From Chiloscyllium plagiosum (Eukaryota), in NCBI RefSeq assembly GCF_004010195.1, contig NC_057728.1, positions 40,622,578 through 40,650,630 on the forward strand: DNA of 28,053 bases. Reading direction: 5' to 3'. The translations under genes were made by a program, and so were the position numbers. Below the pieces are notes generated by a model that had not been told where the DNA came from, did no database searches, and was given only the letters and a program-made list of their open reading frames with translations. Each line of letters opens with the position of its first letter. Positions within the stretch are counted from its first letter, which is position 1. Of the stretch, positions 10,860 through 22,588 are shown in pieces.

Positions 10860-11765
10860 ACAATTGATTAATTGATTGATTTATGGTCACATGTACCATG
10901 GTGTAGTGAAAAGTTTGGTTTACAAGCAATACAAGCAGATCACAGTAAGCAAGGATATACAGATCAAAAAGACTCAGACAGAGGCATATAGGTTTCATTG
11001 CACAGGACATGGCATTAGAAAGATCAGCATTAGTAAGATCAGCATTATTTGAGGCCAGAGAATTGATTCATTAGTCTAATAATGGCCAGGAAGAAGCTGT
11101 CCCTGAACCTGCTGATGTGTCTATTCAGGCTCGTATATCTTCTGCCTTGTAAATGGAGTCTGTGAATAGGAGGTTGGCTTCCATGACGGTCTGGTTTGTG
11201 CACACTACCTTCTGTAGTTTTTTTATGGTCCTGGGCAGTGCAGTTGCCATAGCAGGTCATTATGCACCCGGACAATATGCTGTCAATGGTGCATCTGTAG
11301 AGGTTAGTGAGGATATGCCAAATTTCCTGAGTCGCCTGTTGTGCTTTCTTGACCATCACATTTACGGGGCAAGTCCAGGACAGGCTGCCGGTTATCGTCA
11401 CTTTGATGAACTTGAAGCTCTTCACCCTCTCAACCTCAGTTTTGTTGATGTAGATATGGGTGTGTTCTCCTCTGTTCTTTCTGAAGTCAACGATCTGTTA
11501 CTTAGTTTTGCTGACATTGAGAGAGAGGTTGTTCTCATTGCACTACATCACCAAGCCCTCTACCCCTCTTCTGTATTTTGCCTTGTCATTGTTAGATATC
11601 CGTCCCATTACGGTGGTGTCGTCAGCAAACCTGTTGATTGTGATCGGTTGGAATTTGGCACACAGTCGTGGGTGTACAGGGAGTAGAATAGGGAGCTGAG
11701 GATGCTTTCTTGGGGGGGCTCCAATGTTGAGCGTTATTATGGAAGAGGCACATTTACTTATCTAC
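10860..11765 (-). mobile_element. Rex1/Babar-like non-LTR retrotransposon, RT-to-3' fragment
   Basis: Minus-strand LLYSLYTHDC, FADDTTV, NNLSLNVSKTK, SFKF..V.IT..LSW, VKKAQQ, LTNLYRCTIDSILSGCI, RFRDSFF. (ATCA)n-like tail at 10863-10881. Confidence 0.8.
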
Positions 11766-13569
11766 ACTGATGTTCAAGATGGCGCCAACACTGTGCGATT
11801 CCTTGCGAGCTCCCCACAGCAAATCAAACTCTAGCACGTCTTATAACTGCACTACACGTTTAAACTTAAATTCTAAATCTCCAAAAATTGCTATAAAGCT
11901 ATAAACATAGGAGGTTAAAGACTCCAACTGGCCTAAACAGATTAATTGAAAATCTGAAGTAGGAGTAAATAGCAAAACTCCCCTACCGCCATTCAGGTCT
12001 GTTACTGATCTTGTTGAGATTTACAGGGTTAAAAGAGAGTCCATCAATCCAAATTGGCTGGTGGGCCTGAGACAGCTACTGGACCCCTATCCTTGTGTCT
12101 ACCAATGAGTCACAAATTGTAGCAGCATAATACTCATTGATAAATAAAAATCAAGTTTCTCCAGTAGGTCCTTTTGTCAGAGAACAGCATTTCAAAAAAT
12201 ATTTTATTTACATCATCCTTGGAGAGTGCAGGCTATGTTACCAGACAACTCTTTCCAACCTCTAGTTGTACATTTGTATTTAATGGGTATGCCAGTTATT
12301 TGTTTCTAGCTAGGGATCAGGGAAACTCATCACTGTGGACAATGTTATTTTAATTTAGTAAGGAACGGCTGTGCTGGTAAAGAGACTGTCAGTCATCTCC
12401 TTCTGAAATGCACATATGCAAAAAAGATCTGGAGAGAGATACATTGATTTTTATCAAGGTTCTTCCAAACAGCTCTATGACACAGAATCTGTGCTAAACG
12501 GCTGTTACCTGGGACGCATACTGAGACAAACATTGACTGCACCTGGAGGATTATCAACTCAGTAAACGATGCTCCTTGGTTTGTCTGAAATTTGGTGTTC
12601 CAAGCCTTGACCTTGCCTATTGGCACGTTCCAAGGTCTTGGACTAAATGCTGAGAGATGGACTAAAGCTTGGGGCAGCTGCCGCCAAGACGCAGTGGGGA
12701 AAAACCATCGTCTAATGTCTTTCTACCAAAGTATAACAAGGTATATGCCAACGTATTCAGTTGTTAGACCATCTCGGTGCCTGAAAATGAGCATAGTTTC
12801 TTCCATAAGTAGAAAATGCAACAGTAGAGAAGTTCTGAGGAATGCCAAAATTCCATTTTTTTTTCAAAGACTGTACAGAACTTATTTAGAACCTTTGTAT
12901 GTATGAATAGATAATTTTTATGAATAATGTACATTTTTGAAATAAAAGAGATTTAATTTATTAAGTTTCCATTTCCTTATACAAGATTGTGTTCACCATT
13001 AATTTGTATTTTTGTTACAGTGCCCCACAAGGGGCTTTTTAATCATTTTTGATATTTTACTTTAAAAGATATACAGTCATTCCTCCTCATGTGAGGATTC
13101 TGTTGCTATTTGAACAAATGATGAAATTTACAAGGGTGGAGATTGCTAAAAATTGGTTTAAAATTAATACATATATGCAGTTTTTGCCCGCGGTTGTTGA
13201 TTTTTGTTGTTACTTATTTTCTGGCATGTATATGTGAATTTGTGATTCGTGATTTCACGGAGAAAGAGGATTCATTGTACCTATGTCATGCAATTGAACT
13301 GAAAAGAAATAATAGAGTGTCTGTTCCTTTCAAATCTGGGGAAATTCCAGAATTAAAATCTTTCTAGTACAAAAAAGCCATTAAGGAAATATATGTAAAA
13401 TAGATGTTCTCGGCCCTTGAAGAACTCTCGTGCATAAAGCTTAACTTTATATGTTCTGTAAATAAGCTGGCTGAGAACACTGTTGGCTTGCATTTTAAAT
13501 GAGTATTTCTGTTTACATATATTAAGAACTGAATTAAATAGTAAAATTAAGTTCTTGAATGCTCAAGAA

Positions 13570-14844
13570 CAACCAGCTGTACAGTTGGTAAAGGGAGCGA
13601 ATCAAACAGTCAGGACAGGAAGGAACAAAGCAGAGAACGAGGTAGGACTGATAAATTAAACTACATTTACTTCAACGCAAAAGGCCTAACAGGGAAGGCA
13701 GATGAACTCAGGGCATGGTTAGGAACATGGGACTGGGATATTGTAGCAATTATAGAAACGTGGCTCAGGGATGGTATTAGACAGAGGGTGGTGGTGGAGG
13801 ATTGCTTTACAGACTGGAGGCCTGTGACCAGTGGAGTGCCACACAGATCGGTGCTGGGTCCACTACTTTTTGTCATTTATATAAATGATTTGGATGTGAA
13901 CATAGGAGGTAAGTTAGTAAGTTTGCAGATGACACCAAAATTGGAGGTGTAGTGGACAGTGATTAAGGATATCTCAGAGTACAACGGGATCTTGATCAGA
14001 TGGACCAATGGGCTGAGGAGTGGCAGATGGAGTTTAATTTAGATAAATGCAAGGTGCTGCATTTTGGAAAAGCAAATCAGCACAGAACTTATATACTTAA
14101 TGAGAAGATCCTAGGGAGTGTTGCTGAACAAAGAGACCTTGATGTGTAAGTTCATTGTTCCTTGAAAGTAAAGTCGCAGTTAGATAGGATAGTGAAGAAG
14201 GTGTTGGTGTGCTTTCCTTTATTGGTCACAGCATTGATTATAGGAGTCGTGAGGTCATGTTAACACTGTACAGGACATTGGTTAGGCCACTTTTGGTATA
14301 TTTTGTGCAATTCTGGTCTTTTTATCGGAAGGATGTTGTGAAACTTGGAAAGGTTCAGAAAAGATTGACAAGGATGCTGCCAGGGTTGGAGGATTTGAGC
14401 TATAAGAAGCAGCTGAACAGGCTGGGGTTCTTTTCCCTGGAGCGTCAGAGGCTGAGTGGTGACCTTACAGAGATTTATAAAATCATGAGGGGCATGGATA
14501 GGATAAATAGATAAAGTCTTTTCCCTGGGTTGGGGGAGTCCAGAACTAGATGGCATAGGTTTAGGGTGAGAGGGGAAAGATATAAAAGGGACCTAAGGGA
14601 CAACTTTGTTTATGTAGAGGGGGGTGCATGTATGGAATGAGCTGCCAGAGGAAGTGGTGGAGGCTAGTACAATTGAAGCATTTAAAAGGTATCTGCAAAT
14701 TTATTTATGGGTATATAATAAGAAAGGTTTAGAGGAATATGAGCTAAGTGCTGGCAAATGGGGCTAGATTAATTTAGGATATCTAGTCGGCATGGATGAG
14801 TTGGACTGAAGGATCTGTTTCCGTGCTATACCTCTCTATGACTC
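13570..14844 (+). mobile_element. CR1 LINE with a large internal deletion (endonuclease start joined to mid-RT)
   Basis: [17 protein letters not shown]...[10 protein letters not shown] (13650-13766) runs straight into RQRVVV...[20 protein letters not shown], then FADDTK and a complete 3' tail. The left boundary is approximate. Confidence 0.9.
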
Positions 14845-16595
14845 AAGCCTACACATGCATTAAACGAGAAACTAAATCTCAGCTGTAAGGATTTCCTTGG
14901 GGCCACCTTAATGTGATTTCCTGAAATGTGTGGAAGTCCTATGACTGTTCCATCTACTGTGATCACCATGTCTCAACATCACCACTGTGACATATAGCAT
15001 GCTATCAATGAGTGCCTCTAATGTTACTCAATTGTTTACTAAAATGCATGTAATGTGCATTTATATTTGAAAATGGAAATTTCATCAATGATTCTGCAGT
15101 TATTCCACTAGGTACACTTTCTGTGAAATCAGTGGAGATTATCAGTTTAAATTGATGTTAAACACCTTTAATATCCCATGGTCATATTACGCAATTCACA
15201 GCTGTCAAATTACCACATATGCTTACATTGTTAAAACTGATAGAATTGGGAAGTAAATTATTTTCACTTTTTTACCCTTATTTCTGTATCTCAGAAAAGT
15301 TATATTGAACTACATTTATCTGAAAATTACAATAAATTAGTTGTTAAACTAGCAACCACAACTCCCCTACCTCAGTGAGCCTCTAAGAAAACAAACAGAG
15401 TTGTTAGTGATGTGCTTACAATAATTAATATTTGAAACAAAATTGCTGTCTCCGTGTACTTATACATTTCAAAGCAATAATCTAATTTGAAGATTTGATT
15501 AAAATTCAATAGCGATTTGAACTTTGCCCTAATACTTGAAACCCTTGCTTTGATTGCAGTTTGATAACTGCTCTCATCCGTCCACTATTCTATCTGTTAA
15601 GTTAAAGCAATAATGAATGTAATCTTGGCCAATGGACAGGCAGATAATTAAATCATCAGACATGTCTGAGACATGTTTTACTCTGGAATGGAGGATCTCA
15701 TTTGGAGAGGTACTTTATATGTTCTGATACCTTTCTTTCCAGAAAAAAAAATCATAGAATGGATTGTATTACATTTAGCTTAAGGTAACTTTCCTACCCC
15801 TGTTTTCTCACTGATACAGTTTTCAAATGTATTCTTATATTTTAACTTCCTTTTCATTCTGCTCATTTTTAGTTGCTGATTTTCAGTGCTTCCCTCTCAC
15901 CTCCTGGAAAGTGAAAACCAGAGGCTTTCGCGGGAAATGCTCAGTAGAATGACTGCAGATTCATAGTGAAACATACTTTGGCACCAAACCTTTAGCCATG
16001 CCAACTAAGGTAATTGATGGGACTACTGGGATTCCCTGTACTACAAAATGTGTGCACCTCTCTGGTCTAGTCAGAAGCTTGTTCACTCACCTGGTGAGGT
16101 TTGCACTCATGAAAATTTAATAGACAAATTTTAAAATTTCAAAGCAGCCCTCTTGTTAAAAAAAAACTGAAGGCATAATAAAAAGTTATTTTGACAGGGC
16201 TGAAGGGAATCATATCCTCAGGATCCATCTTCAACACCAGATAACCAAGGCCACAGAACGTAGCTTTTTCAATAGGCACAAATGAAGGCAACCAACATTG
16301 GATAATGAAGGGACCCTCTTCCTGACCCAGGACGTATAGAGTCAGCAATGATGATACCAAATTGGCATATGCCACCATTTAAGCACAGATATGTGTTCTC
16401 ATGTACTTTTATTCATATGAACTTTTGATGGTATATCAGCACTGGCAATCCATTGATAACTTAGGCCCCAGCCATTGTTTACTTGTAAGATTAGACAGTA
16501 ATCATTTTTTTATTTTGACCTCAAATCAGGTAGTGGCATTATCACGCAACCCATAATTTTGTTGAACCTTTGCCAATTTCTAGGATTGTGACTAA

Positions 16596-16765
16596 GGGCT
16601 GGTTAGCTCAGTTGGCTGGTCAGTTGATTTGCAATACAAAGTGATGCCAACAGTGTGAGTTCAATTCTTGGATTGGCTAAGGTTACCATGAAGAACTCTC
16701 CTTCTTAATCTCTCCCTTCACTGAGAGGGTAGCCCTATGGTCTGGTAGGACTGTGTGACTTTATG
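16596..16765 (+). mobile_element. tRNA-derived SINE, decayed
   Basis: A-box tagctcagttgg (16604-16615) and B-box-like gagttcaattc (16657-16667), followed by a non-tRNA body. Confidence 0.7.
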
Positions 16766-17121
16766 TTTTGTATGTGAGCAAGCTCTGGGGATGTAGGATG
16801 TCCTGATTCAACCTTGCACAATGAGAGGGGAGAAAATCATGTGTCACAGCAAAGTTTAAAGAACTGCAGCAGTTCCAAAGGCATAAGCATTCAGAAATGT
16901 CAAAATTAGAACTATATTTTTAAATGAAAGGTTCTGCAAAGAGGTGAGTAAAATAGTTTTCATCTCTCTGATGGGCTACTGAGAATCATTTTGAGCAACT
17001 GAAGCAGAGAGGGGCTTCTGTCTTCAGTAATGTGTGCTATGAACCCTCAAGGAAAATACTCAGGTGAATGATGGAAGCTAGCTTCAACATGAACACAATC
17101 TCAACCATACACAAAGAAAAA

Positions 17122-17258
17122 CCATTCTGAAGAAGGGTCACTGGACCTGAAATGTTAACTCTGATTTCTCTCCACAAATTCTGCCAGGCCTGCTGAGGTT
17201 TTCAGCAATTTCTGTTTCTGTTGCTGATTTCTAGCATTCACAATTCTTTCAGTTTTTT
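17122..17258 (+). mobile_element. Penelope-like terminal repeat with a degenerate hammerhead motif
   Basis: CTGAAGA(17127-17133)-A-GGGTC/actg/GACCT-GAAAT-GTT, then sequence related to 9180-9240 (ctgcc...cctgctg...ttttcagca). Confidence 0.7.
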
Positions 17259-17964
17259 TGTTTTGCAAAGAGAAACAGGAAGGTTTCATCCTCTCCCTGC
17301 CCAAAACAATGTTTAAAATATTTACAAACCCTTCCAGCTACTCTTAATGCCTGCAGACTCCAGCTTTTAGCCTGCCTTCACTCACACTCTCACTTGAATT
17401 CAGACCCAATGAATCTTCCTGTCTAATGTAACTGACTGATGTTTGGCAATATAATTGTTCATAAAGGAATAAGATAAAATTAAATTGAATGGCTGACATA
17501 TCCTTGACCTAGGCACCAGAATTGACAAAGGAACATCTTGCCTAGTCAATCCTGCAAAATCCTCTTCTACTTCATCTGAGGACTTGGGCCAAAATGAAAA
17601 GAGTTTCCATAGACTAGTCAAGAAAATGCCTGATATTGTCATCCACATCAGATTGTACTTTACCTCCTTCACCATCTCTGAGTATTTCTATCCCACTGGG
17701 AGAACATACTTACCACCATCATCTCCAGTGTGAGAAGGGACTTTGTCTTTACAATGACCATATGGTGCTCCTACTTGTACTGAGCTTGTCTTATGCTTCT
17801 GAGATTAATAGCTCAGTGAGGGCAAGATCAGGTAGGTTTCTCCCTCTTATTTTGGCACTACCACCCAGCTAAATAAGATAGATTCAGAATAGATCTAGAA
17901 GCTTAATTGGAAGTTGATAAGGTGCTATCACCATCAGCAGCAGTAGATTTCTTAAAGTTATACT

Positions 17965-18395
17965 TTTCCATGGACTGTGGCTGTCATTGGTTAAGCCAGC
18001 ATTTGTTGCTCATCCCTACCTGCCTCTGAGAACAATGTATGAGCCTTCTTGAACCACTGCGTCCACGATTGTAGGTATATCTATGATGCTGTTAAGAATC
18101 AAGTTCCAGATTTTAACCCAGCAACATTGAAGGAATGATGATTCATGGCTTGGAGGGGAACAGTCATTCATTTGCTGCCCATATACTTCCAAGTGATGGA
18201 GAAGGATTGCTGAAAGGTGCTGTCAAAGGATCCTTGATGAGTTGTTGCAGTGTATCTTGTAGATTGCTGCTACTGTGTGTGTTGGTGCCGGGAAGTGTGA
18301 ATGTTTGATGGGACACCACTCAATCAGGACTGTTAACTGTTCTTGACAATTGTTAGAACTGTACTCATCCAGCCAAGTGGAGATTATACCATCAT
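17965..18395 (-). mobile_element. Old CR1-like LINE 3' fragment
   Basis: Reverse-complemented tail (gccagcatttgttgctcatccct...ccttcttgaaccactgc). The minus ORF contains VAAIYKIHCNNSSRIL. Confidence 0.7.
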
Positions 18396-18399
18396 GCAA

Positions 18400-18670
18400 T
18401 CTGGAACAAAGTAGCCCGCTTGACGGGCAAAGGCAGCAGATGCACGGAACCATTGCCACGTGCATACTCCCCTCAAAGCTGTTCGTCATCTAGATTTGGA
18501 GTTATATTGCCATCCTTCTAATGTCGCTGAGTGAAAATCCAATAACTTCCTTCCTAGCAGCTGGTTCGCAGCAAGTCAAAAAGGTGGCCAAACACCACTT
18601 TTTTTTTAATTAGGGATGAGTTAAGGAAGGCTGGTATTTCCACAACTGTTGCCATCCCCACAAAACAAAT
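18400..18670 (+). mobile_element. Old CR1-like LINE 3' fragment, same family in the opposite orientation
   Basis: 18511-18545 is roughly the reverse complement of 18104-18140. Ends with aattagggatg...catcccca. Confidence 0.65.
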
Positions 18671-20537
18671 GAATTCCCATATTTTGACTTAATCGCTAAC
18701 ATTTCGAATCTCTTGTACTTCAAAGCATTACCATATGAATAATCAATACGAAGCATAAATCTATCAATGGTTACGCCGCATGAGAAAGATGCAATGAAAA
18801 TTTTTGGAAGGGAAATTATGAATATACTATAGGTGGAGAATTTTGGCACCATACACTGGTTCATGACTTGATACCAATCTGCCAGAGGGGAGGACATAGC
18901 TGAGGTATGCAAACCAAGTGCACACAGGTTTCTAAACATAAGGAACCTGAATAATGGAAGATTACGTAGCATTTGCCTTGGCTATCGATTCTAGGCATCT
19001 GGATCTCTCAGTCCATATTTTTCAAAAGGATTCATTCTGTGTATTTAACACTGATGTAAGCACTGCAGACAATGCCAAAAACTGGGCTGCAAATGACAGC
19101 TGGGAAGAATGATCCCATTAAACCTCATGTGCAGAAATATGCAAAATGATTTAGTAACACTGCAGTCTACCATGGGACATGCAAGAACAATAGAACAATT
19201 TGCTTGCCATTCTAAAGATCCCAAGTGCAGCTGGGTAATTCCTGCATGGATGCTCCAGTTGCTGCCTTACAGACCCAAGCAAGACAAATTGTCTCTTGTG
19301 ACTTCATTAAGTTTGGGAATAGTTCTGTGAAAATCCTCAGGCAGGGCTTTCACTGATCTCATTACTGTTACTGTACCAATTATGGTCATAGTGTACTCAA
19401 CAGAAGCTGTGCAGAGGCCAGCTGCAGTAGTCAGCTAACTTCGTATGGATATGGATTGAGCTTGGTGACTTTTCCTTTAATTTAACTCATTGCTACATCT
19501 ATATTCCTAATGAAACATCAAAAATCTTTTTTTCTTTATGATTTAGATTTTCAGAGTTAATTTCAAAGCCTATAGCAAGAATTGCTGATAATCAAATATT
19601 TTGGTTTATATTCAGATATATGCAATGAGAAAGAAATCATTCAATCAAACATTTATTACTTATTCATATTCAAGATTAGAATAATAAACAAATTAGATCG
19701 TAACTGCTACACCTTGTGTGATGTGGAGAGGACATTTGCTTTTTTTAAAAATAACTTATATGTCACAGCACGTTTAGCTCAATATGCCTGAAATAATTCT
19801 CATCTTGGAAACACGGCATTTTAGCATAGACAAATAATTTGCAAGAAAACATTGAAAATGGCATGTGGTCCTCAAATTATTCTTTTAAAACAAGGTCAGT
19901 TACAAAGAGCTGGTTTTGCTCTGCAGATATAATTAAACATCTTTGATCATCATAATCAACACTCTACAATGTTGAGTGTTTCGCTGAGCAGGAAGTATAT
20001 AATTGGGCTGTAAGACCACAGGCTAAACAACTGTATTGCACATTCCAGTATCCTCAAGTAGTGTGGAGTGGCATTTAAGGTAATCACAAACACTTTATTC
20101 ACTACAATAAAATTGTACTGCATTGAGGAGGATTTGGGTGTTCAGAGGGTATTTTAAATATTAGAATTCAGATATGCTCAGTCCTACATGTGATATTTAT
20201 TTTGTTAAAAACCTTGAGGATTCCAATGATACTACACCAATAAATGCAGTCAGTGCAGCTAAGATGTCATGGCTAAAAGAGGGAGATAGTGCAACCACTC
20301 TCCTCCACCATAATGATGCAGAAATCTGAAGAGACATTGTGCGCCCAAAATTCCTCTTTCCCACAACAGCACCCACTACAGATTGAGATAGCTCCACTCC
20401 CAAGGCTGGTCAGGATTTTTGGGGTCTCAGTTATAATCACAATTCATTAGGCACCCCTTTACTGTTGACTATTTACAAACATATGAAGCTGAAACAAAGT
20501 CAAGATTCCAGTGTGCTTAAGAAAGGAAAAGAAATTT

Positions 20538-21475
20538 AAACATAGGAGGTATAGTTAGTAAGCTTGTAAATGACACCAAAATTGGAGGTGTAGTGGACAG
20601 TGAAGAAGGTTATCTCAGAATACAACGGGATCTTGATCTGGTCTGAGGAGTGACAGATGTAGTTTAATTTAGATAAATGTGATGTACTGCATTTTGGAAA
20701 GGCTAATCAGGACAGGATTATACACTTAATGGGAAGTGCCTGAGGAGTGTTGGTGAACAAAGAGACCTCGGAGTACAGGTTCTTAGTTCCTTGAAAGTGG
20801 ATTCTCAGGTAAAAAGGATAGTGAAGAAGGCATTTAGTATGCTTTCCTCTATTGGTCAGAGCACTGAATGCATGCTTTGGGAGGTCATCTTGCAGCTGGA
20901 CAGGACATTGGTTAGGCCAGTTTTGGAACATTGTGTACAATTCTGGTCTCCCTCCGATAGGAAGGATATTGTTGAACTTGAAAGGATTCAGAAAAGATTT
21001 ACAAGGATGTTGCCAGGGTTGAACGGTTTGAGCTATATTGAGAGGCTGAATAGTTGAAGGCTGTTTTCCCTGGAGAATCAGAGGCTGAGAGGTGATCTTA
21101 TAGAGTTTTATAAAATCGTGAGGGGTATAGATACAGTAAATAAACAAGGTATTTTCCCTGCGTTGGACGAGACCAGAGTAGAGGGCATAGGTTTAGGGTG
21201 AGAGGGGAAAGATTTAAAAGGGACCTAAGGAAAAAGCTTTTCACGCAAAGGGTGGTGTGTCTATAGAATGATCTGTCAGAGGAAGTGGTGGAGGCTGGTA
21301 CAATCACAACATAAAGAAGACATCTGGATGGGTACGTGAATAGGATGGGTTAGACAGATATGGGCCAAGTGAAGGCAAGTGGGACTGGATTAATTTAGGA
21401 TATCTGGTCAGCATAGACGAATTGGACCAAAGGGTCTGTTTCCATGCTGTATATCTCCATGACTCTATCACTCTA
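20538..21475 (+). mobile_element. 5'-truncated CR1 LINE
   Basis: DDTKIGG, LVRPVLEHCVQFWSP, IQKRFTRMLPGL and a complete tail. Closely similar to 13899-14844. Confidence 0.92.
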
Positions 21476-21606
21476 AATCAAACTGCAGAAACATATTATG
21501 GAATATTGAAACCAAATTATTTCATCACAATGATTAAACAATAATGGCATTAGTTTTTGACAGAATTGTGACTTGGAATAACAAAGTTGGGAAGATATTA
21601 CCTGAA

Positions 21607-21705
21607 ATAACTTCACAGAGGCTAGTCTACCTTTACTAAATCACCCTCTATTTACACATGGAGAGTCCTTGACACTGATCCAGCTCCTTCAGAGACAGCT
21701 TTCAG
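21607..21705. repeat. Fragment of a dispersed shark repeat, possibly LTR-derived
   Basis: tcaccctctatttacacatggagagtccttgacactgatccagctcc is recognised from memory only. There is no second copy in the window. Confidence 0.35.
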
Positions 21706-21864
21706 CTCTCTCTGTTCAGGATATGTCCTGAGTAAGACTGTGCATTTGCTTGCACTGAACTGGGATTCCCCAAGTTCAGTCTGACTGGCATTTTGCTAAT
21801 GCATGAAAACAGTTGCTTGCGTTGTGGGTAACTTGGTTAATTTACAGTGTAAATGATAGTATAT

Positions 21865-22060
21865 GTAATTTGGTGCTTAAGTACTGTGCGCAGTTTTGGT
21901 CATCTCACTATGGGAAGGAAGTGATTTCTACCATCATATTTTTATTATTTTTAATTGCTAAAGGAATGCAGGGTTGTAGGAATAAGGCTATGATGTGCTG
22001 GTTAAGATTATTAGCTCATCCATGATCTCAATGAATAGTGGAGCGCACTTGATGTTTGCA
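21865..22060 (+). mobile_element. Decayed CR1 fragments
   Basis: LKYCAQFWSSHYGK, followed by tail-like sequence. Confidence 0.55.
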
Positions 22061-22251
22061 GGCAGTGCTTGTCTGATTTTAATGTGGGATCTCTTATATA
22101 CACCTGAAATTATTTCATCAAATAAGCTATCAACAGTTCACACTTCTACAAATATTTTCTCATCAATATCATTAATTTCTAAGAATATCTGTCATTTAAT
22201 CTGTGAAATAAGAAGACAGTTGCAAACATCACATGATGAGATAAGTCAATG

Positions 22252-22588
22252 AGCGAAACATTAATGCCTCAGAACTCTCATTATCTCTCTTTTGAAAGCT
22301 TCCCACTTGCCAGTTGTCCTTTTACCTGTGAACAGTTCCTGCCAAATACCATAAAACTTTGCCTTACTCCAATTATGAACTTTAATTTTTATACAAAGCC
22401 TATCCTTTTCCATAACTATTCCAAAACCAATAGAATTATGATCACTGGTGCCAAAGTGCTCCCTGAATTAACAATTCAATCACTTGTCCTGCCTTATTTC
22501 CAAAGAGAAAGTCAAGTTTTCTGCCTTCTCTAGTAAGTACATCTACATATTGATAAAGAAAATTTTCTTCAACACATTCAACAAATTC
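22252..22588 (-). mobile_element. Inverted 5' segment of a CR1 (endonuclease C-terminal region)
   Basis: Minus strand reads EFVECVEENFLYQYVDVLTREG..LD...GN, then G.HFGTSDHNSI, ending with GKWEAFKREIMRV. Confidence 0.8.

Noticed and set aside
11153..11686. 177-aa plus-strand ORF
   Set aside because: It is the antisense shadow of the Rex1/Babar RT.
16596..16680. Possible tRNA gene
   Set aside because: No cloverleaf forms, and it runs into a SINE body.
19109..19330. Faint Harbinger transposase-like words (HARTIEQ)
   Set aside because: Too short, with no other motifs or terminal inverted repeats. A tBLASTn or Dfam search would be needed.
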